A stretch of 64,000 nt of DNA from a virus, in IMG/VR virus record IMGVR_UViG_3300021425_003051, positions 3,019-67,018 of that record, one strand, 5' to 3'. Position numbers and translations under genes: made by a program. The notes beneath the pieces were generated by a model, which was not told where the DNA came from, searched no databases, and was given only the letters and a program-made list of their open reading frames with translations. Positions 36,583 to 47,100 of the stretch are shown piece by piece (positions within the stretch are counted from its first letter, which is position 1; every line of letters starts with the position of its first letter).

Positions 36583-36622
36583 ATAATAAAAAAACTGAGG
36601 GGATAGTGAACCTCTACCGAAT

Positions 36623-38053
36623 ATGGCTGTAAACAAGAATTTTGTAGTCAAAAATGGAATAGAGGTCGCAACAGATCTGATCTTTGCGTCCTCTGACCTA
36701 GATAAAGTTGGTATTGGTTCCACCTTACCTACTGCCACCCTTGAAGTGGGTGGTGATGCCAAGGTAACTGGGAACTCAACAATAGTTGGGATTGCAACCT
36801 TTTCCAATAACATCGATGCCAATGGCAACTTAGATGTCGATGGACATACGGAGTTAGATGATCTTAATGTATCTGGAGTATCCACATTTGTTAGTGCCAT
36901 TGATGCTAATGGATCTTTAGATGTCGATGGACATACGGAGTTAGATGATCTTAATGTATCTGGAGTATCAACATTTGCTTCCAATTTAGATATTAATGCT
37001 TCTATTGATGTTGATGGACACACAGAACTTGATGATGTAAATGTATCTGGTGTTTCTACACTTGGAACAGTACAGATTTCTTCTGGTATTGTTACTGCAA
37101 CCTCAGGTGTCGTCACATATTATGGTGATGGTTCTAATTTAAGTGGTGTCACTGCAACAGCTGGCGGATCACTTGGTTTTTCGACAGCTAGTTCTGTTGG
37201 ATATGGTGTCACCTTCCTTAAATTCGTCGGAGCTGGTGTATCAACTCTCTCAGCACCACATAGTGGTATCGCAACACTCACGATCGTTGGTGGTGGTGGA
37301 GGGGGATCTGCCAGTATTGGTATTGGTACAACAGTTGGAGATGCTTTTCCTGATAGTCCAATTGCTGGTAATCTTTGGTATCACACCATTGAGGGTAGAT
37401 TATTCATCTATTATGATGATGGAACTTCTTCTCAGTGGGTTGATGCCGCTCCATTTAATATTGGTATCATTACCGCATCATTGGGAAGTCTAAGTCAAGG
37501 AACTGCTTTAGCTCCACCTTTAGCCTTTAGTGGTGATAGTTCTACTGGTTTATTCTCACCAACAAGTGGACAACAAACATTTGTCTCCGTTGGTTCATCT
37601 ATTCTGAACGTCAATCCTAGTGGTGTTGAAGTCACTGGTATTGTGACCTCAAGTGGTTTAAAGGTAGGTACTGGCATTTCCATAGTTGGCTCAGGAATTG
37701 CTGCCACGGCATTTTACGGTGATGGGTCAAATTTATCTGGACTTCCTCAACAGGGAGTTGGTATTAACTCTGGTGGAACAGTAATTGGTTCTGGTATCAC
37801 CACACTGAACTTCATCGGAACTGGAACTACGATTGAAGTTTCTGGATCCACAGCAAACATCAGCGCTGGTGGTGGAGGTGGAACTGGATTGTCAACAACT
37901 GGTATCAATACTGGTTTCATCTTCTCAAATCCAAATTCCATAGATAGTGAGCAGTTCCTTACAAATGCAGATCACAATTATGCAATGTTTGGACCAGTTG
38001 CACTAAATGCAACTGTTAATGTTGGTGTTGGTAACACCTTTACCATTGTATAA
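36623..38053 (+). CDS. tail fibre protein (cassette A anchor)
   Basis: MAVNKNFVVKNG start, 29-aa repeats, YYGDGSNL motifs, C-terminal NYAMFGP. Confidence 0.75.
   Translation: MAVNKNFVVKNGIEVATDLIFASSDLDKVGIGSTLPTATLEVGGDAKVTGNSTIVGIATFSNNIDANGNLDVDGHTELDDLNVSGVSTFVSAIDANGSLDVDGHTELDDLNVSGVSTFASNLDINASIDVDGHTELDDVNVSGVSTLGTVQISSGIVTATSGVVTYYGDGSNLSGVTATAGGSLGFSTASSVGYGVTFLKFVGAGVSTLSAPHSGIATLTIVGGGGGGSASIGIGTTVGDAFPDSPIAGNLWYHTIEGRLFIYYDDGTSSQWVDAAPFNIGIITASLGSLSQGTALAPPLAFSGDSSTGLFSPTSGQQTFVSVGSSILNVNPSGVEVTGIVTSSGLKVGTGISIVGSGIAATAFYGDGSNLSGLPQQGVGINSGGTVIGSGITTLNFIGTGTTIEVSGSTANISAGGGGGTGLSTTGINTGFIFSNPNSIDSEQFLTNADHNYAMFGPVALNATVNVGVGNTFTIV
36810..37060 (+). repeat. three 87-bp tandem coding repeats
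   Basis: IDANG.LDVDGHTELDDLNVSGVSTF x3; 53-bp exact match at 36830-36882 and 36917-36969. Confidence 0.85.
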
Positions 38054-38065
38054 GGAGTTTAGCAA

Positions 38066-38299
38066 ATGTCTTCTTTAAGAGTTAACAAAATTGTTAATTT
38101 AGCTGATGATGGTCCAGTTGAGTTTTCTAAGGGAGTTACAGTTCCCTCAGGACAACAAATTGATGGTGATATTGTAATTAATTCTGTTGGAGTTGTGACT
38201 GCATCATCCTTTAGCGGTGTTGGAGCAGGAATTACCACTTTTGGTGTTGAAAATGAAATCTCAAATGCTAAAGTAATTGCATACACAATAATAGGATAA
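38066..38299 (+). CDS. mini fibre-segment paralogue A1
   Basis: MSSLRVNKIVN..DDGP...GVVTA..F.G.G...KVIAYTIIG. Confidence 0.75.
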   Translation: MSSLRVNKIVNLADDGPVEFSKGVTVPSGQQIDGDIVINSVGVVTASSFSGVGAGITTFGVENEISNAKVIAYTIIG

Positions 38300-38303
38300 T
38301 AAA

Positions 38304-38537
38304 ATGTCAGTAGATTCCAAAATTCAAGTTAATAGTATTGAAGCATATGATCCTGTTGGACCTGTTAATGTTTCTTATGGAGCCTCCGTACCATCTGGAC
38401 AAACTTTTACGGTTGTGGGTGGTGTGAATATAAGTGGTGTCGTGACTGCATCAAATTTTGTTGGTGATGGTAGTAGTTTGACTGACTTAAATATTGCTAC
38501 TACATCAAAAACAATAGCATACACAATTATTGGGTAA
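38304..38537 (+). CDS. mini fibre-segment paralogue A2
   Basis: KIQVNSI...PSGQ...FVGDGSSLT...SKTIAYTIIG. Confidence 0.75.
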   Translation: MSVDSKIQVNSIEAYDPVGPVNVSYGASVPSGQTFTVVGGVNISGVVTASNFVGDGSSLTDLNIATTSKTIAYTIIG

Positions 38538-38543
38538 TTAACA

Positions 38544-38792
38544 ATGGCAAAAATAAAAGTCAATAGGGTTGTAAATTTCCAGGATGATGGAGCACCAGAA
38601 CTCACCCGTGGTGCAACAATTCCATCTGGGCAAACATTGGATGTTACTGGAGATGTAAATGTAACTGGTGTTGTAACTGCAACAAGTTTTGTTGGTGATG
38701 GTAGTGGTTTGACTCAATTGAATATTGCTACCGATTCCAAGGTATTTGCACTTAAGAAAATTTTTGGTTATGATGGGGAATATAAAGCTTGA
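38544..38792 (+). CDS. mini fibre-segment paralogue A3
   Basis: KIKVNRVVN..DDGAP...PSGQ...FVGDGSGLT...SKVFAL. Confidence 0.75.
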   Translation: MAKIKVNRVVNFQDDGAPELTRGATIPSGQTLDVTGDVNVTGVVTATSFVGDGSGLTQLNIATDSKVFALKKIFGYDGEYKA

Positions 38793-38800
38793 TATAAATA
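38793..38800 (+). promoter_or_regulatory. late promoter TATAAATA
   Basis: Exact consensus upstream of MAAPNIVG gene A. Confidence 0.7.
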
Positions 38801-38832
38801 AAACAAAAGAATGAAATTTTTAAAATAAAACT

Positions 38833-39207
38833 ATGGCTGCTCCAAATATTGTAGGTATAACAACCGTCACGGGTAAAACAACATACCTAAGTCTCGCAGA
38901 CACAAGTGCTACTGTTCTTTTAAGTAATGCAGCAAGCAGTGGAAAGGTACTTAAAGTAAATTCTATCATCGTTGCGAATGATGATGGAACTAGTAGTGCA
39001 GATATTACGGTTTCTATTAATGATGCCGCTGCTGGTGGAGGAACGGCATACAAGTTAGCACACACCATCGCAGTTGGTGCAGATACAACTCTTGTTATCG
39101 TTGACAAAGCTTCTTCAATCTATCTTGAAGAAGATAAGTCAATTGTGTGTACAGCATCTGCAGGTGGTGACTTGGATGTTGTGTGTTCTTATGAAGAAAT
39201 TCAGTGA
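38833..39207 (+). CDS. small beta-rich virion protein (MAAPNIVG family, copy A)
   Basis: Paralogous to 50366-50743. Confidence 0.75.
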   Translation: MAAPNIVGITTVTGKTTYLSLADTSATVLLSNAASSGKVLKVNSIIVANDDGTSSADITVSINDAAAGGGTAYKLAHTIAVGADTTLVIVDKASSIYLEEDKSIVCTASAGGDLDVVCSYEEIQ

Positions 39208-39222
39208 TAGGAGACAAATTAA

Positions 39223-39660
39223 ATGGCAGAGATTACTAATCTTTACTCCTATAAAGGAGCAGATCCACATCCACTTCCAGAAAAACTTCGTTTAAGTGAT
39301 GGTACGACTCGTACTGATCCATCTACTTTCACCGATGCAGAGATTGCAGATGCTGGATTTACTGGTCCATATACAAGACCAGATGTTGATGATCTAGATG
39401 GAATGATTGGTTGGGATAGTGAAAATCTTGAATATGTTGTGACTTTATTTGATAATCATCAGTGGATGGCTAGAAGAAAACAAGAGAGAAATCAAGCTTT
39501 AGCGGATACTGATTATACTCAAATGCCAGACAACCCAATGTCTGCAGAAGACAAACAAAGGTGGGCAAATTTTAGACAAGCGTTAAGAGATTGGCCAGCA
39601 AATACTTCAGATCCTAAGACCGATCCTCTTCCAGTACCTGCTGATTTTTTTGGGGAGTAA
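39223..39660 (+). CDS. tail fibre assembly chaperone-like protein (copy A)
   Basis: RNQALADTDYTQMPDNP...WANFRQALRDWP motif. Confidence 0.75.
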   Translation: MAEITNLYSYKGADPHPLPEKLRLSDGTTRTDPSTFTDAEIADAGFTGPYTRPDVDDLDGMIGWDSENLEYVVTLFDNHQWMARRKQERNQALADTDYTQMPDNPMSAEDKQRWANFRQALRDWPANTSDPKTDPLPVPADFFGE

Positions 39661-39666
39661 TGACTC

Positions 39667-40743
39667 ATGGGGATAAACAAAGCCTTCAATAGACCAGCGA
39701 GACCCAACATTATTACCAATAATGTCTTAGAATCCGCTGCGTCAACTTCTGCTACACAAATTACCTCCATGGGGTACACCTATTATGTGTATACTACACC
39801 AGCACCTGCTGATAGCTTTACTCCATCAGGATCATACACACAAGGTAGTCGCACGATTAAAGGTGGTTCAGTAGCTTCTGGTACTCCATTTGGAAATGCT
39901 GATATTTTTGTCGTCGCTGGAGGCGGTGCTGGAGGCGGTGGTGATGGTATGGGTCAAGGTGGTGGAGGTGGAGCAGGAGGGGTTAGATACTTCCCCAATG
40001 TTCCTGTTCCTGACGGTACGATAGCAGTGCAAGTTGGAGATGGGGGAGATAAGACTGGGGGTAATAGTAGTACAGTCCCTCAAGATGGAGATCCATCCTT
40101 TTTTGGAGAGACTTACATCGCCTATGGTGGTGGAGGAGGAGCAAGTGGAGATCGTTCACCCCCAGGATGGGGAAGTGGAAGAACAAAAGCAGGACAAGGT
40201 GGATCTGGTGGTGGAGCTGGAACCATGGGTAGACCTGGACCACCAAGTGGACCTGGACCTCAACCCGAATGGGGTCAAGAATATGGTCAAGGAAATACTC
40301 CACCGTTTTCCCCACCACAAGGTTTTCCTGGTCGTGGTGGATTTACTGATTCTCCTACTACGCTTGGAGGTGGCGGTGGTTCTGCTCAACAAGCAGGAAT
40401 TGCTTTTCCAGATGTTATCAATGCTTATGGTGGCGATGGTGGTCCAATTTCACAATTCCCTGCACCTCTTATTGCACCAGCAATTCCCGCACCAGTACAA
40501 CCTTTTTGGACTCCTGCTGTAGGTCCAACTGGATTGTTTGCTGGTGGAGGAGGTGGTGGAAGAGCACCAGGACCTAGTCCAGGTTCATTCTCCCCTGGGG
40601 GTCTTGGTGGCGGAGGTAATGGTGGAAAATTCCCTGGTAACACAGGCGGTGCTGGAGTTGACTTCACTGGATCAGGTGGTGGGGGTGGATACGGAGGTGC
40701 ACCAGGAGGAAATGGTATAGTTATTGTTAGAAAATCTACATAA
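39667..40743 (+). CDS. glycine/proline-rich fibre tip (adhesin-like) protein
   Basis: VVAGGGAGGGG...GGGGGAGG...GGNGIVIVR glycine-rich domain. Confidence 0.7.
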   Translation: MGINKAFNRPARPNIITNNVLESAASTSATQITSMGYTYYVYTTPAPADSFTPSGSYTQGSRTIKGGSVASGTPFGNADIFVVAGGGAGGGGDGMGQGGGGGAGGVRYFPNVPVPDGTIAVQVGDGGDKTGGNSSTVPQDGDPSFFGETYIAYGGGGGASGDRSPPGWGSGRTKAGQGGSGGGAGTMGRPGPPSGPGPQPEWGQEYGQGNTPPFSPPQGFPGRGGFTDSPTTLGGGGGSAQQAGIAFPDVINAYGGDGGPISQFPAPLIAPAIPAPVQPFWTPAVGPTGLFAGGGGGGRAPGPSPGSFSPGGLGGGGNGGKFPGNTGGAGVDFTGSGGGGGYGGAPGGNGIVIVRKST

Positions 40744-40754
40744 TTTTTTATTTT

Positions 40755-41276
40755 ATGTTAAGTGAAATTTTTGTCAAAAGAAAAATAAATTATTTGACCA
40801 CAATATATCCAAATCATGAAAATTTGAATCAAAAATTAGAATACGATATAAAATCAACAGGTGATGTTACCAATAGACAGACATATGCCAAAGCGTATAT
40901 GACTGATTGGAAAGAGACAAGATTTAAATCATTTGAAATCTTGTCTCAGTTTGTTATCAATTCTTATAATTCATACATGATGCATGATAATGTCTATTAC
41001 TCTACAAAAGACATTAGAGATATGTGGGGGTTAATATACAATAAAGGAGATTATGCTGAGGAACATCAGCATGAGATTAAAAACTTATATTCTTTCATTT
41101 ACTATGTGAAAGCAAGTAAGAAATCATCTCCATTGATTTTTACTGATGGATTTCCATTTCATAAAAAGGTACAACCAGAAAATGGAATGTTGATTATATT
41201 TCCTTCATATATGAAACATAAAGTTCCTGTGCAAAAATATGACGAAGAAAGAATATCAGTTGCTGGGAATTTTTAA
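40755..41276 (+). CDS. 2OG-Fe(II) oxygenase-like protein
   Basis: HQH, IIFPSYMKHKV, RISVAGN. Confidence 0.8.
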   Translation: MLSEIFVKRKINYLTTIYPNHENLNQKLEYDIKSTGDVTNRQTYAKAYMTDWKETRFKSFEILSQFVINSYNSYMMHDNVYYSTKDIRDMWGLIYNKGDYAEEHQHEIKNLYSFIYYVKASKKSSPLIFTDGFPFHKKVQPENGMLIIFPSYMKHKVPVQKYDEERISVAGNF

Positions 41277-41851
41277 TGAAAAAACTTATATTGAAAGATT
41301 ACATTTACCATCAAAAGGTAAAAGAACATTTTAATATAAAAAATTTTATATTAAATGAAATAGAGAAAAATAATAAAGAGTCTTTAAAGGTAACAGATAA
41401 TTATTATACTGACAGTATTGATAAATTAGACTGGAGTGAATCAGAATGTTTTGATAGAGATTGGGTAAAATTTTTTCTACCATATTTTTCAGATGTTCTT
41501 GATGAATTTTTAAAGAATTCTCTTTTTTGTGGAGTAAAGTTAAAAGATATCTGGTATCAACAATATTTAAATAATGATACTCATGGGTGGCATATTCATG
41601 GATCTCATTACACTGGAGTTTATTACTTAGAATTTCCAAACAAAAGTTCTAAAACTGAATTGATTTTCCCCTTTAACAATAAATTTCATGAAATAAATGT
41701 ATCTGAGGGGGATATTATAATATTTCCAAGTCATATCATACATAGAGGATTACCAAACAAAAGTAAAAGAAAAACAATAATATCTTTCAATTTTGACCTT
41801 TTGTGTGATAAGATAGATATAAACACAATAACTAATCTCTATAGAAAATAA
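41276..41851 (+). CDS. 2OG-Fe(II) oxygenase-like protein
   Basis: HGWHIH, IIIFPSHIIHRG, RKTIISFN. Confidence 0.8.
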   Translation: MKKLILKDYIYHQKVKEHFNIKNFILNEIEKNNKESLKVTDNYYTDSIDKLDWSESECFDRDWVKFFLPYFSDVLDEFLKNSLFCGVKLKDIWYQQYLNNDTHGWHIHGSHYTGVYYLEFPNKSSKTELIFPFNNKFHEINVSEGDIIIFPSHIIHRGLPNKSKRKTIISFNFDLLCDKIDINTITNLYRK

Positions 41852-41859
41852 ATTTAATC

Positions 41860-42480
41860 ATGGCATTTCAATCAATTTGGTATTTTACCGAACTACCCAA
41901 AGATGTTGTAGACATCATTGAGAGTGACTTATCTGAAAAGTTCGATGAACAAATGAGAGACTCCAGACTGCAAGGGGATGCTCTTAATAAAGATAAGCGT
42001 AACTCACAAAACGCATGGGTTCCTACCACGCACTGGGTTGGTGGTTTCCTGTGGCACTATATCGAACGTGCAAACCGTGAGAACTTCCTGTATGATCTGC
42101 GGTGTATTGATGGAGAATCTATGCAATACACCCGTTATGAAGAGGGTCAATTCTACGGATGGCACAATGACGCAGGACTTTCTACACAATACAAACCCGT
42201 AAGTGAGGGTAATCGTAATGATGGATTGGCACAGGACTTTGTGAATGAAAACGTTGAACTTGTCCGCAAACTGTCTTTTGTAATGCAACTCTCTGACCCC
42301 GATGACTATGAGGGTGGTAACCTGCAACTTCTTGATGAAGGAGGTCAATCTTACATTGCTCCACGACAGAGAGGATGTGTTATATTGTTTGACTCCCGCA
42401 CACAACATCGAGTTCTGAAAGTCACAAAAGGAACTCGTAAGTCCATTGTCGGATGGACTGTTGGACCCCGTTGGAAGTGA
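41860..42480 (+). CDS. 2OG-Fe(II) oxygenase (prolyl-4-hydroxylase-like)
   Basis: YGWHND, RKLS, YEGGNL, HRVLKVTKGTRKSIVGW. Confidence 0.88.
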   Translation: MAFQSIWYFTELPKDVVDIIESDLSEKFDEQMRDSRLQGDALNKDKRNSQNAWVPTTHWVGGFLWHYIERANRENFLYDLRCIDGESMQYTRYEEGQFYGWHNDAGLSTQYKPVSEGNRNDGLAQDFVNENVELVRKLSFVMQLSDPDDYEGGNLQLLDEGGQSYIAPRQRGCVILFDSRTQHRVLKVTKGTRKSIVGWTVGPRWK

Positions 42481-42488
42481 GGTAGAAC

Positions 42489-43217
42489 ATGGCAGAACTA
42501 ATGACAGAACATCATATTGCATACCAGGAGAGGAAAAACACTGGAAGTGCTTGGACTCATAATGATATTTTTGACAAGAATGGATACCTGGTGATTAAAG
42601 ACCTCTGGGATCCTGAAGAACTTTATCATCCAGTTCCTGAACAGAGGGGACAACTGAACTATTATGATAAGAATCCAGAACACTTCAACCATGACGAAGT
42701 AGAACTACAGGTAGAAGGTTCTATTGCACGTTATTGGCACCCACAATATCGTGTGATTCACACTGGTATTCGTCTAAAACTGGAAAAAATTATCGGTCGC
42801 AAGTTATATAATACCTACTATTATGATCGTTTTTATTTTCCTGGTCAGGAACTAAAACGACATGCTGATCGTAATGGATGTGAGATTTCAGTTTCTATTC
42901 ATGTCAGTACTAACCTAAAAGGTAAAGACGCTGATTGGCCTTTCTGGATCAAGACACCAGATACTTACACTGATGAGAACAAAACAACTGTTCTTGTTCC
43001 TGGTGAAAATCGTTCCTTGGTTCTGAAACCTGGTGATGGTTTACTCTATAAGGGTTGTGAGAGACCACACTGGCGTGATCCCATGCCAGGAGTCAGAAAG
43101 AGAGATAGAATTTCGTTCTTCAAGAACAGAAATCCTTATTACTATCATCAGATTTTCTTCCATTATGTTCTTCAAGATGGACAACGTGCCCACTGTGCAT
43201 GGGATAAATCAAGATAG
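42489..43217 (+). CDS. 2OG-Fe(II) oxygenase-like protein
   Basis: LKRHADRNGCEISVS, HWRDP, QIFFHYV. Confidence 0.75.
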   Translation: MAELMTEHHIAYQERKNTGSAWTHNDIFDKNGYLVIKDLWDPEELYHPVPEQRGQLNYYDKNPEHFNHDEVELQVEGSIARYWHPQYRVIHTGIRLKLEKIIGRKLYNTYYYDRFYFPGQELKRHADRNGCEISVSIHVSTNLKGKDADWPFWIKTPDTYTDENKTTVLVPGENRSLVLKPGDGLLYKGCERPHWRDPMPGVRKRDRISFFKNRNPYYYHQIFFHYVLQDGQRAHCAWDKSR

Positions 43218-43255
43218 AAAAAGTCTTGATAAATAACTAAAAAAGTGTACCGATA

Positions 43256-44134
43256 ATGGCTCAGACTAAAGCCCAATTATTAAATCCACTAAATGGAAGT
43301 ATAAATGTTAGTGGCATTGTAACCTCAGGTGGTTTTAAGGTAGGTACTGGTATCTCTATAGTTGGTACAGGAATTGCCGCCACGGCATTTTACGGTGATG
43401 GGTCACAACTGACTGGTATTACGGCAGGTGCTACACTCTCCGCTGGTTCTGGAGATCAAAGAGTTGTACTTACCAGTTTGACATCTGGTACAATGACATC
43501 TGCAGCAACAGATGCTGAACTGAGTTATAATTCTAGTACAAATACACTGAGTGCCACTACATTTAATGGTAGTTTAACTGGAGATGTCACAGGAAATGTA
43601 ACTGGAACAGCAGCCACATTCAGTGGGGATGTTTCTGTTGGTGGAACACTTACTTATCAGGATGTAACTAACGTAGATTCTGTTGGTCTGATTACAGCAA
43701 GATCTGGTATTAGAATCGGGACTGGTGGAACTGTAGGTCCTGTAGGATCAGGTATTGTTACTTATTATGGTGATGGATCACAACTGAGTGGTATTTCAGC
43801 TGGTATTAGTACCACAGCATTATCACCATCAGCGAACACAACAGTCATACTTAACCTGAGTACAGCACAACATCATGACCTCACATTATCAGCAGGTATT
43901 ACAACAATTACCTGTACTGGTGGTGTTTTTGGAGAGTCTCATTCGGTTGTAATTACTCAACCATCATCAGGTATTGCTACTATAGGATTCAGTACATACT
44001 TCTTATTCCCTTCTGGTTCTACACCATCAATGTCAGAGGGGGGTGGAAGCATTGACTTAATTTCCTTTGTGGTTAAGAGAGTCGGCACCGCAGGAACACA
44101 ATTACTGGCATCTGCTGGTCTCAACTATCAGTGA
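43256..44134 (+). CDS. tail fibre protein
   Basis: FYGDGSQLTG, VDSVGLITARSG repeats; C-terminal domain resembles that of 26245-32136; ATAAATA upstream. Confidence 0.75.
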   Translation: MAQTKAQLLNPLNGSINVSGIVTSGGFKVGTGISIVGTGIAATAFYGDGSQLTGITAGATLSAGSGDQRVVLTSLTSGTMTSAATDAELSYNSSTNTLSATTFNGSLTGDVTGNVTGTAATFSGDVSVGGTLTYQDVTNVDSVGLITARSGIRIGTGGTVGPVGSGIVTYYGDGSQLSGISAGISTTALSPSANTTVILNLSTAQHHDLTLSAGITTITCTGGVFGESHSVVITQPSSGIATIGFSTYFLFPSGSTPSMSEGGGSIDLISFVVKRVGTAGTQLLASAGLNYQ

Positions 44135-44146
44135 GGAGGTAGATAA

Positions 44147-47100
44147 ATGGCATTAAGAGCAGGATTTCATGGCACTGTAGGACAATCCAGTGCTCAGGTT
44201 GTTGATGGTAGTTTGAAGTTTGATGGATCTAAGAGTCAGTATCTCGCGAGAACTCCAAGTTCTGCAGGAAATCGTAGAACATGGACTTGGAGTGCTTGGT
44301 TGAAGAGATATAAATTTGCTGATGATAATACATATCATTATCTCTTTTCTACACGAACTAGTAGTTCTAATAGACATCACATATCATATAATGCTGATGT
44401 TGCTGATGAACTTTTCACTTATGACAATACAAATAGTAATAATAAAATAGCACAAACCAATGCCAAATATAGAGACACTGGTTGGTATCATGTAGTTGTT
44501 ATCTATGATACTACGAATGGTGATGGTGGAGAAAGATTAAAGTTTTTTATAAATGGTGTCGAAAACGACGACTGGGGTTCCTATCAAACCAACAGTGAAA
44601 ATTTTGAAGGATTGATAAACTCAGTTACTGAACATAGGTTAGGTGGTGAACCCAATGCACCTGGATATTTCTATGGCAGCATGTCACAAGTATATTTCAT
44701 AGACGGTCAAGCACTCGGACCTGGATATTTTGGATATACTGACCCACTCACAAATACTTGGAGACCTAAAAAATATACTGGTGGATTTAATAATCCAAAT
44801 AATGGAACGACTTGGAGTAGTGATATAACAGGTACTCCACTCAATAGTACTGTCGGTGAAGCATTTGATGGTTCATTAGCAACTGGGGCACAACCAGATT
44901 CTTTACTTACTTGGACACCATCATCCACAATTACTGCACAAAATCAAATAAGATTGTATATCTATCAAAATGGTTATACTTCTCAATATGGAACTTTTGA
45001 GCAAAATGGAACTAACTTAGCAACATCTATTGCATCACAGTTGGGGGATGGTGTTGCTGGATGGATTACATTACCATCAAATACCATTACCGAATTAAAG
45101 TGGAGTAGAGATACTGGTGTTGGTAGTTGGGCATTAAGAGCAGTTGAAGTTGATGGATATGTTCTTTTAGATGGTGCTGGTGATAATTCTTTCCACCTCC
45201 CCTTTGATGGAAACTCACCAATCGGTCAGGACAAATCTGGTAGAGGAAACAACTGGACACCAGTAAACTTTGGTGGTTCTAATTCTCTTGAGAAAGCAAC
45301 AGGAGCACTACCAATTCTGAATACTGATGGTGGTGGTAAGGTTGCAAGAGTTGGTACAAGAACTGATGAGAATGCAAGTAGTTTGGTATTAGCACTACCT
45401 TTGGTTGGTATTTCTTCTGATGTAAGTAACCAGATTAATAGTGGAAGTACAACAAAAACAGTTGCGGTCACAGGTGCAACGGCTTCGACCACTCGAAGTA
45501 ACTTATACGGTGGCAGTTACTACTTTAATGGACCAACAAATGGTGCCAGTGCTGCTACTCAATATGCTATAGTCTCAGATAGTAATAGTGAGTTTGCATT
45601 TGGAACAAATGATTTTACAATGGAATTTTGGGTATGGGGAACCGATTGGACTGGAGGATCTTCCAATCAAGATCAGGTAATTTTCGGTCATGATGGATCA
45701 GATTATGCTGGATTTTATATACCTGCAGGTGTTTTTTCATACTATACAAGTTCTGCTAACATTCCATCTTCAAATAAACCAACTTTACTGGATAACAAAT
45801 GGTATCATGTAGCAGTATCAAGAGAATCAGGAACATCTAGAGTTTTTCTTGATGGTGTATTAGTTGGATCGGCTTCAGATAATACTAATCACCCAACAGG
45901 TTCGATTATTCTTGCAAGAAATCCCAGTAACAATTTAAATCAATTTAATGGATATATTCAAGATGTCCGCATCTACAAAGGTGTCGCAAAATACACCAGT
46001 AACTTCATACCAGCATCAACCGACCCAGACATTCTCCCAGACACTCCATCAGGTGTGAGTGGTAGTTCTAAACTAACCAAGATTACTGAAGGTGCTGTTG
46101 CTTTTGATGGTAGTGGTGATTATTTAAGTATTACTGATAATGGAGATTTTACATTAGATGGCGATTTTACTGTAGAATGCTTCTTTAATTTGTCTACAAC
46201 TAGTGGCAATAATGCTATTTTTGGATTAGGTCCATTTGCTGGAGGCAATAACACAAAAGTTCTCTTTAGGTATGAATCAAGTGGCAACTTTAATTATTAC
46301 ATTGGAAGTGATGTTCTACGCAGTAGACCAATATCAAAAAATTCTTGGTATCATCTAGCTGTCGTAAGGAATAGTAATGTAGTAAAGATATTTTTAAATG
46401 GAACACAAGTAGGAGCAGACATTTCTCATAGTGCTACTATCAGTGGAAACGTTCATATAGGAAGCGGAAATAGTGGTGGATCAGAATATAATACTATGAC
46501 TGGATTTATATCCAACTTCCGTATTATCAAAGGAACCGCACTCTACACATCAGATTTCACACCACCAACCAGAGCACTCACAGATGTAACCAACACAACC
46601 CTTCTGTGTTGTAAGTCACCAACATCAGCAACAGCATTTGATGTCTCACCTGGAAGTATCACAGCAAACGGAAACGCAGCAGCAACCAACTTCAACCCAT
46701 TCAACACTGATATAAACACAGTTCGTGGACAAGAGAGTGGTTATTGTACTTGGAATCCACTGACCACGACAACTTCAATGTTATTTGATGGGAACCTTCT
46801 ATCAAGATACACTAGTGGAGCATGGAAGTCTGCCCTTGGGACAATTGGAATTTCTTCAGGTAAATGGTACTGGGAAAATCAACTAATAGATGCTGGCATT
46901 GGTCACATGTATGGAATTGCTTTGCCAACTGCTGCTGCTGACTCTCATAACACAGACATTTTTGGGGTGTACGCATATGATGGCACAACTTTTGCGGCAG
47001 GAGCGCAAGCTCAAAGTTACGCAAGTGCTTTTTCCCCTGGCGACATTATTGGCGTTGCTTTAGATCTTACTCCAGGAGGCACAAGTGGGACTCTAACTTA

